DNA of 64,000 nt from Oopsacas minuta (Eukaryota > Animalia > Porifera). Below, piece after piece: positions 55,100 to 64,000 of the stretch; the first letter of the stretch is position 1, and each line of letters opens with the position of its first letter. The stretch covers positions 1,389,460 to 1,453,459 of the forward strand of contig JAKMXF010000299.1 of NCBI GenBank assembly GCA_024704765.1, written 5' to 3'. The notes below the pieces were generated by a model that worked only from the letters and a program-made list of their open reading frames with translations, did no database searches and had not been told where the DNA came from. The position numbers and the translations under genes were made by a program.

Positions 55100-56272
55100 T
55101 TTTCGCTTTACCAGTTTCTATTACAGGCCCGTTCCGAGTGCTTGTAATGGGTTAAAACCTTTGCCTTGAAGGTAGATTTTAAGCTTGGAGAATAGCCAAA
55201 AATCACATGGAGCTAGGTTTGGTGAGTATGTTGGATGGGGAAGTAATTCTAACCCTTCTACATCCCAGAAAATTTTGGTAAGCTTAGCTGTATGGGAACT
55301 GGGGTTTTTAATTAAAATCTTCATTCCTCGAGTTCCGGTTTTCGGGCGGTACTTATCTTTATTTTTTATCAAATTTGGAAGCACTTACTCTGTAAAGAAA
55401 GTAGCAGTAACAGCCTTGCCACTCTCACAAGGTAATTGCAAGACAATTCCATGACTACTGAAGAGGATGGTATGCATAATCTTAGGTTTCCTGAAGTCGG
55501 GCCTAGAAATTTTCGCTGGTTGTTCGTTGCCCCTCACCCATGATCGCTTCTTATACTTGCTATATGGTGTTGAATAGTACACTCACGTCTCGTCACCAGT
55601 AATAATCTCTGTTAGGCGTCTAGAATCGCAGTTCTCATAAGTTTCCAAGAGTTTCTTGACAATATTCAGTCGTGCCAACCTTTGATTCTCACTGAGCTTA
55701 TGCGGGACCCATTTCCCACAAATCGATCGGTAGCCAAGCTCAGTCGTCAGAATTGTATGAATTGCTCCCGATGAAATCTCCATGCTTTGTCCTAACTGAT
55801 TGACAGTAATGCACTTGTCTTCCATGACCATACTTTCAATGAGTGCGATATTCTCTGAAGTGGTGGCGGATACCGGTCCTCCAGATCGAGGCAAATCTGT
55901 GACATCAGCATCACCAGATCTAAAACGGGCAGCCCATCGCTCTACAGTAGATCTGAAATGGCAATCCATGCACAATATCTCCTGTAACTCGCTGAAGATC
56001 TGTACGGGCTGGATCTTGAGTATTGTGCGAAACTCTATGTAAGCTCGCCATTTGAGGTTGTAATTATCATCCTTGAAGCCATAAATTCAACAGTAAGTAT
56101 AAATTGACTACACATAATTATCTCAAAAATTCATAATTTGTATTGAATAAGCTTGAAACTTTCAGTATATGGAGTCTAACTATATGGGCTTATAATATAT
56201 GAAAGCTAGATATTTTATTTGACTAATTCCTAAGATATATCATGACCCACAAGACTTATTGTACGCTCTGAT
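55100..56272 (-). mobile_element. mariner (DD34D) transposon, defective, 3' end truncated
   Basis: Peptides TVERWAARFRSG...DLPRSG.P, GKWVPHKLSE, IITGDET*VYY and LPHPTYSPNLAPCDFWLFSKLK. Only the 5' TIR-like end was seen. Confidence 0.9.
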
Positions 56273-56299
56273 ATTTTCAGTATTTGTGGCTTCAAATAT

Positions 56300-58030
56300 G
56301 AAATTTGTGCCAAGATCCCCTATCAAAATTTGATCGCTTCCTGGAATTGGCCCTAACGATATTCTCATTGACTTGGAAGTCGTTTATGTAGTAGCTAGCC
56401 TTTCATATTCTACTGTGAAGGAGTGGGCCAAGCGGTTTCGCTAAGGACGAGGGTCGCTGGATGATGAGGAACGAATCGGGTGTCCAGATCCGCCGTCACT
56501 AGCAGCGACGCCTCTGATATTCGCTAGAGAGTGGAAGAATATCTTGATACCACTGTTGAGGAGTAGATACCGGGTGGCCCAAAAAGAATAGGCTCCATGA
56601 CTTTTACCGCAATCGTACATGCTATTTATTTATAGACTAATGATACTAGTTCACTGTTAATAATCTTAGTAGGTATATAAGTGTTGTGCAAAATAATTGC
56701 ATTCAAGCTTAAAATATTCTAAGTTCAGAGGAGATGTTCTAGGTGACCACCACTTTGATTTTTGCATTTTTGCATCCTCAGAGCAAAATTTTCCATCACC
56801 GACTTCAAGACTGATCATTTGATCCCCTTTACCTCATCTTTAATCTTCTGCTTTAAATCTGTGATAGTTTTTGGTCTATCCTTGTATACCCTATCTTTTA
56901 AATAGCCCATAGAAAAAAATCTGGGGGACTAAGATCAGGGGAGTAAGGAGGCCAACCAATCTCGCAGCGCTTGCCGACAACATGGTATTTGAAGTGTTCC
57001 CTGAGCTAATTGATAGTGATATTGGCTGTATGAGGTGTAGCACCATCTTGCTGGAACCAAGATTTGGATATGTATGTGTGATACCTTGTTTCCAATTCAT
57101 CCCAGAATTTATTCAGCACATCAACATACCGTTCCTTCGTGACTGTTACTGTTTGTCCACTTTCCTCGAAAAACAGCGGTCCGATAATCCCTTTGATTGA
57201 GAGAGCACACCACACTGTGACTTTTTGTGAGTGCAAGGGCGTTTCATTAACTTCATCAGGTCGTGAAGAGTCCCAAAAGATGTTGTTTTTGGAATTCACC
57301 TGACCATCTAGGTGGAAATGGGCTTCATCAGTTGTCCAGAGATGGACAAAAAGGATTTGGTGCTCTCAATTTTCTCCATCAAAACAGTAGTCATCTCTTT
57401 TCTCCTTAATTCATCAGCATCTTTGAGCATTTGGTGTGTCTGAATCTTGTATGGGAAAAGATTAAGATCATATTTAAGTACCATTTGAAGGGTAGTCCTA
57501 GATAAACCTAAACATTGAGCTCTCTTTCTCGTTGATCTTTTTGGAGATTGGGCAACAGAATCACGTACATTAGAGATAACGGTCTGATTACGTAGAGTCT
57601 TTCTTCCAGAATGACTTTCCCGAATGTCAGACTTACAATTTAGGTTATTAACAATCCCTTCAGTCAGGAACTTTTTACCCAATCCAGTATTCTAGATTTA
57701 CAAGGTGCTTTTTGGACATCGAATCTATGCAAAAATTCTTCTCGTATCTTCTTGAAAGATCGAGTTTGGAAATAATGCTAAACACACGAAGACCTTTGAA
57801 TGACACTCCTTTGTTTCATTTTTTGGAAAGCTAAAGTATCATAAAATAAGGGAACAAAAATATTTGGGTTAGCGTAGGATACATAATTGGTGATTGGAGT
57901 TGAAAGTTTACGGCCCCGTATTTTTTGGGCCACCCGGTATTAGTTAGGGATCTCAACAGGAGCTGTTTCATCATTTCTAGGAAATATGACAATTATACAT
58001 GTGTATTCTGTATAGTTACAAAATATGGGG
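56300..58030 (+). mobile_element. mariner 5' fragment split by the rosa insertion at 56570-57937
   Basis: SYSTVKEWAKRFR*GRGSLDDEERIG before the insertion, and LGISTGAVSSFL resuming right after it. Confidence 0.6.
56570..57937 (-). mobile_element. rosa-type (DD41D) transposon, full length, defective
   Basis: TA|CCGGGTGGCCCAAAAA...TTTTTGGGCCACCCGG|TA. Motifs DEAHFHLDG, PLHSQKVTVWCALS and WFQQDGATPH...WPPYSPDLSPPDFFLW with 41-residue spacing. Confidence 0.93.
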
Positions 58031-58414
58031 TATGGTCGGGAACCTTTTGAACCCCAGTTGTATATCATCATAGTTTTGCGATGAAGTGCGAAATGCTTGG
58101 TCATCATAACGAAGGAAATTCGTTTCAGCCCTTAAATTCGTCTATATTTACTCCTGTAGAGCTGGAAGTGAGTAAATACTTACAATTTTTTATTGTTGGG
58201 AAGAGAAAGTATTGCATCGATTAAAACTTGGCTAACTGGATCAAATTCTATAATGTTATTATTGATTAAGAAAAGCAGTTCAAGAAATAAGTCTAGTATA
58301 AATATTAGAGCTGAAGTTAATTGTTGAATCATTATACATAGCTAAGAATATGGAAGGCGGAAAGATGGTTGGTAGGAAAATTTGTTGCGGGGAAATTTGG
58401 TCACTGAAAATATA

Positions 58415-59763
58415 CAGTCCCGGAAAAAGTCTGGAATATTGTTGATAAAATGTGAATATTCTAATATTGGACCAAAAGGTTACAACATTATTACTACAGA
58501 ACACTTTTATCAACCTATAGTGGAATGAAAACAATAGTTTCATCATTCTATAGCACGACAAATCAATATTTAATTGGATAATCCCTATTTTTTGGTACTT
58601 CCAAGATTCGTTTTGGCACAGATTTCGCTAAGTTTTCATAGTATCTTTCAGTGATATCCGTTGCCCAAACTTCCCGTATGGCCTTGATGAGAACATTAAT
58701 TGAGGCAGGATACCTAGCAGCAACCATTCGTTTTAGAACTGTTCAACAATTTTCAATCACATTGTAGATCAGGTCTGCTACCTGGCCAAACCAGGAGATC
58801 GATGTTTTTTTCAGAAAGCCAGGTTTTGACAACTCGGGTAGTGTGCACTGGTGCACCATCTTGTTGAAAGATTTCACACTCTAATTTCTTCATCATTGGT
58901 TCCAGGATTTTTTAGAACATCTAAATACACTTTGATATTATCGTTGTGTTTTTTTGGCATGATCTAAAGTGCTCCCTTACCACTTCCGGACATGCAGCCC
59001 CATATCATAACAGATGGTGAAAATTTGACTGTTTGTATCGTATATTTGGGATTGTACCTTTTATTAGGGGGCCCTCTCACAACTGTTTGGTTCCAGAAAA
59101 TTGCACAATCTTCGCTTCGTCACTGAACAATACTTTCATCCATTGTTCAGCTGTCCACGTTTTGTATTTTTTACAGAAGTTTAGGCGGTCTCGCAACTTT
59201 TAGCTGAAAGGAAAGGCTTATTCGCGGGTTTGAATGCTTTAGATCCAGTTTTATCTGTAAATGGTGTCTAACAGTTCGAACACTTATCTTTTCAGTCAAA
59301 TTTAATTCCCAAACAATATCAACAGAGAACACGGTAGTGTCATTTTGAACTATGCATTTAATTCGGGCATCAGTTCTTGGGGTGATTTTTGGTGGCCTTC
59401 CAGATCTCTTCCTAGACCTTAGGTCACCTTCAATATCTTTGTTTCTTACCCTTTTGAGTATCTTAAACACTGCACCTTGTGAGATATTTAGAGAAGTAGC
59501 AATATCCTTCTGTTTCATAGACATGAGATCCATTAGTTCAACTCTAGCTCTTTTCGTAGGTGATAATTCAGCCATCTTTCAATTGAAATAGCAAGAATAG
59601 CAAGTACTAGCCAAGGTTTGGTCCAAATTACTATATTAAGGTTGGCCAATATTATCATCAATAATAATAGGAAGTTATTAGTAAATACTATTATCAGGCT
59701 ATTCCTACGTAAATTCAAAAAAATTGAAAAATAATGAAATATTAGGGACTTTTGCCGGGACTG
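58415..59763 (-). mobile_element. Tc1-like (DD34E) transposon, defective
   Basis: TA|CAGTCCCGG(A/C)AAAAGTC TIRs at both ends. Transposase from ATG 59575 with RSGRPPKIT, VLFSDEAK, VMIWGCMS and FQQDGAPVH...WPGSRPDL; it carries frameshifts. Confidence 0.92.
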
Positions 59764-60336
59764 TAGTCATATACTTTTGCTGTTTTGAAGACTCTAAATA
59801 TGTTCAGCAACTAACAGCCTGCTCCAGATTCAACGATAATCCAATCAAACACCACACCAGTTATCCGAATAGTTTACTAAATGCTCATCTTCTCAGCTCA
59901 AGCCAATCTAACTGGATAATTCATGAAAATGCCAATCCTAGCACCTTCCAACGTGAGTACTAAATACTCTTATAAATTTCCACGAACATTTTTCTGCGAG
60001 GAAAGGTCCCCGCGATTGTCTTTCCGTCAACGGAGAATATATTTTGAAGTAAATTATAACACTAAACCCTATTTATCTATTTGTATGTAAATAGTGTCCT
60101 ATTATACGAATACTCGAATTTCGACAACTCCAAACCAAATAATGGACTATTGTTATTATGAACTGCTTGGAATCTGGATTTAACTCCCTCTTAACTATTT
60201 CCACTTTACCCGTGATTTTCATTGTTAATGCAGCTAGGGGGAGTACTATTAAATATAACCCGATACTTAGTCATGCCCTAGCTTGTTATAACGTGATTAT
60301 ATTGTAAATTTTTGGATAATTTGCACGAATAAACTA

Positions 60337-60880
60337 CAGGGTTAAGCATAAGTTCTGTACCAAACTTCTCAAAGTAAATATCCCTAGTATTTTCTATCAT
60401 GCATTTTTTCTATGGGTTGTAGAATATACTTAGAGCATATATACTCAATATTTTCATTTCAAATCTTTTCTAAACAGCGAATTCTTTATGGAGGGCCAAA
60501 AATCCAAACGCCCTGCAATTTTGGAATTATATACACAGGTGAAGACAGTCAAAGAGATAACGAAAGCGCTCTCAGTTACCAAATGGACTGTGTATAGGAC
60601 GATCCAACGTTTCAACGAAACACGTGGGACGTCTGACAGACCTAGATCATGTCGACCTCGATCCATACGTACACCATTGTTGTAATAATCGGTCAGGGAG
60701 AAGATCAGATGCAACCCCAAGTGAAGCGTCCAGAAAATGGCTAACGAATGCAATTGCTCTACGCGAACGATGGGAAGGTTAGTTCATGACGATTTAGGAC
60801 TTAAATCATACAAATTTAGAAAGGCACAGCTATTATCTGATGTTAACAAGAAGAGGAGGATAGAGAAATACGCATAGTGA
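60337..60880 (+). mobile_element. maT-type transposon, 5' fragment
   Basis: TA|CAGGGTTAAGCATAAGTTCTG end. Peptide SKRPAILELY...TVYRTIQRFNETRGTSDRPRSCRPRSIRT...HDDLGLKSYKFRKAQLL, truncated before the catalytic domain. Confidence 0.8.
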
Positions 60881-60913
60881 TTAAACAATGATACGCATAG
60901 TGATTAAACAATG
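60868..60913. repeat. 23-bp tandem duplication at the truncation point of the maT fragment
   Basis: ATACGCATAGTGATTAAACAATG repeated twice, exactly. Confidence 0.9.
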
Positions 60914-63900
60914 AACGTACAAATTATAAATTATGGATTTAACTTACCAGTTTCAGCTGTACAGAGCTCTTAAAGATTTAGTGAGACACAACTACACTAG
61001 GGTTCTAGAATTTAGGGAAGTTGGGGAATTACATTGGTAAACAGGAATTATTTAACATTTTGCATAAAGAATATGATAAATTGTGACGTGCTATGGTAAA
61101 TTAGACTGTATATTTGGAATCAGCCTATCAAACTTGATACAAAACATGGAAAATATATCTGATATCTATGCAGTGTTAATCTGCCTGACGAGCCACGCAC
61201 CCGCATGCATATAATATCGACATCATGTTGAGCGAAACAATTTCTTATTAACACGGGATATTTTTAAGTATAATAACTATAGTGCCACCTGTAAACCTGA
61301 GCCATGCTAACTTACCTGTATAATACTACAATTTTATATTCCGACACTATTTTAGGTCCTGACGAGTCTTGGATTATGCGAATTCCACTCTATATTATAC
61401 ATAATTTGAATTCTAAATTTTGAATTATGAAATGTTGCATAACTTTTAGTGAAAGTGTTTATCATAAAAGTGAGCCTATTCAAACAAATTTGAGCTCAAA
61501 GTAATCGCAAAGCACGATTCAATTCTTTGAATTGTGTTAAGCAATTTTATTTGTTGTTTTAATGAATGTATTTTGATAAATTACTGAAATTTAAAAAATT
61601 TTATCTAGACAAGCTATGAAAATTACATGAGTAAAAAAGTAGTCTTATTCTGAATTGTACATTTACGGTTCTGAACATAATTGCTGTTTTTTCTCTTTCG
61701 GAAATTTTTAATTGACCTCAATAAGCGAGCGAACTGGTTCGTCAACTTTATTTACAGTCAACTCCGCTTAATTTTCACATATCTGTTACAGGCATTTTGT
61801 TCCATAATAGCGGAGTTCCCAATTTCCCGGAAGTTTTCTTTTGATAATGCAATATAGCAGCCTTTTCTTTTTTTCAGTAGAGGCCCCATGTTGCAATTTC
61901 GCTATTCTATGGCGGAGCCATCCTCGCATCAAGTAAGAAATGTAAAATCTGGGGATCGTTTTGGCGTGTTCCGTATCATATTATTAACTATAATCACTAG
62001 TATTCTAAAAAATATATTTACCAATTTCGCAGAAATTCTCTCCAATTTAATGAAACTTTGGATATCTATCTAGTTAACACCCTAAGTAACAATCACATGT
62101 TAGCTAACGATATTTGCTGTACCATGCATTGCTTCCAGCCTATTTACTTTGGTAGGCAATCGGGATGATATCAAATTGGCTCGAGTAAATGTTTATTGAG
62201 AAATAATAAATAAACAAGTTATGTCAAACATTTCGAAATGACTTGTCTGGCTACAAGGGTGAGAAGTTTTTAAAATATGTCATTTTTAGCTCTGATACAA
62301 TCACTCCTGCGTCTCCGATTCCAGGATTACTATCATTTATTTAAAGATATTTATGCATAATATGTATATTTTTGTAATTATAAAGTTGTAACCTTATTCA
62401 GTTATAAAAATACTTTAAATGACATATTTTTGGCTGTTATCAACTTATACCTCGATTTTCGGCAGAGCTTTAGTTCAAGTCCAACCAATATGTACTACAT
62501 ACCAACTCGTGAATATGCCTATATTTTGTCTTTACCAACATTTACACAATAGTGCTTAGAGATATCCTATTAAAATACATTACCAGGATAATAGGTTGCA
62601 TATGGACTGCTTTTTGGTTGGACTCATTTGATGAGAACTTTCGCTAGATTTGCGACATAAGTCGATATTAGACAAAAATGCGACAGCTGATTAATTAGGT
62701 ATCAGATGGCGTCATTTCGAACTGGGAATAGTTGGATGAGATGATTTTGATTGACTATTATCTAACAATAAAACACTTATTCGTGCCAAAATTGTCCATT
62801 AAATATGACAGAAAAATTAAGATTCCCTACCAAAGATTTGTTGAAATCCATGGTCATATTCAGTGAAATGTCTATATTCATGATATCTGTGTATCTAGCT
62901 TATTAGAATTTTCAAAACTCAAAATCATGGTCTTGAATGAGTATTTATTTTTCGCTCAGTTAGCGAAGTTTGTGCCAACTAATCGAAATTTGTCCCGAAT
63001 TCTAGAAAGATTTTAATGTATACTTGATGCAAATGATCCAGTTGTAGATATTTGTCCCAATCAAGCGTTTTTCTCCATTAACAGTCAGTGGCGTTGAGAG
63101 GGGGAGGACAATGGGCAAAGCTTCGGCGTCAGGCCCTGAAGGGGCTTGTGCTCACTAAATTATGACTTCTCTTACCAGATACAGAAAATATGTTGTGCTT
63201 CAAGTACTAAGTCATGCAGAAGCTGTGCATGGCATCTTTAATACATAAAAAGAATTACTATCATTTTGGCAATGCGTACTCAAATATGGCTAAAGTATCT
63301 CAAAATATTCATTCGGAAAAGAGAAAGGCTAAAAATGTACATAGACTGTGCTGGAAATTCAAGTACGCTGTAGTATGAGCTGTTAATTTACACGACAAAA
63401 TGTACATACTTTAAGGGTTTAGGTTATTGGGCTCATACTACCAGCAAGTTTATCTCAACTAAAGTCCATGTACAAATCTACTAAGTCCCTGTCCTCTACA
63501 TGACTAAACAATAGAAAATCCCCGTGCGGTTGACAGATATATATGCCATGTTGCCAAATGCCAAGTGTTCCGATTTTCTTAATTAATGTTGATTTCCGAA
63601 GCAAATAATGTAATGAGATGACATTCACTTCTAAAATTAACTGACATCAGTAAAATATGAATATGGACAGGATTAAAACTTAACATGAGGCGATTTACAT
63701 AGATTTGTCAATCACCAAGTTGTGACCAAGGGATGTTTTACCTTTCAGTATTTTCCTGCGAATCACAGACAATCTAAGCATTTGTTCAGGGTATTGATAA
63801 ATCACTCAGTATTTGCTTAAACTCATCCAAATATTTTCTAATTACTTAATTGAAGTCACATTTACGCCAAATATTCTTTTCAATACCATAAAATTTCAAA

Positions 63901-63901
<1 letters not shown>

Positions 63902-63999
<98 letters not shown>

Positions 64000-64000
64000 G
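63902..64000. repeat. (TTG)n microsatellite, at least 33 units, runs off the window end
   Basis: Directly visible uninterrupted TTG array. Confidence 0.98.

Overview
AT-rich eukaryotic genomic DNA, most likely from an invertebrate animal (species not determinable from sequence alone). It is not prokaryotic: I found no operons, rRNA/tRNA genes or CRISPR arrays. The only clear host gene is FACT subunit SPT16 on the + strand. Four internal GT-AG exons (16567-16751, 19962-20249, 37966-38081, 54188-54506) splice in frame into about 302 codons covering the middle (PH) domains. They are separated by introns of 3.2, 17.7 and 16.1 kb, and the flanking exons appear to lie outside the window. The introns are packed with mostly decayed DNA transposons: mariner (DD34D), Tc1 (DD34E), maT (DD37D), rosa (DD41D), three hAT transposase elements, two Helitron RepHel remnants, an AcademX-like element, a Chapaev3-like element, a probable Harbinger end and several MITEs. 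I recognised no retrotransposon remnant. The most unusual structures are: (1) an apparently perfect 952-bp inverted duplication with an 889-bp spacer at 10.1-12.9 kb; (2) diverged ~0.8-kb inverted arms with coding-like divergence bracketing the Academ element; (3) an inverted pair of near-identical MITEs enclosing one SPT16 exon. No new multi-gene system is supported by the sequence.
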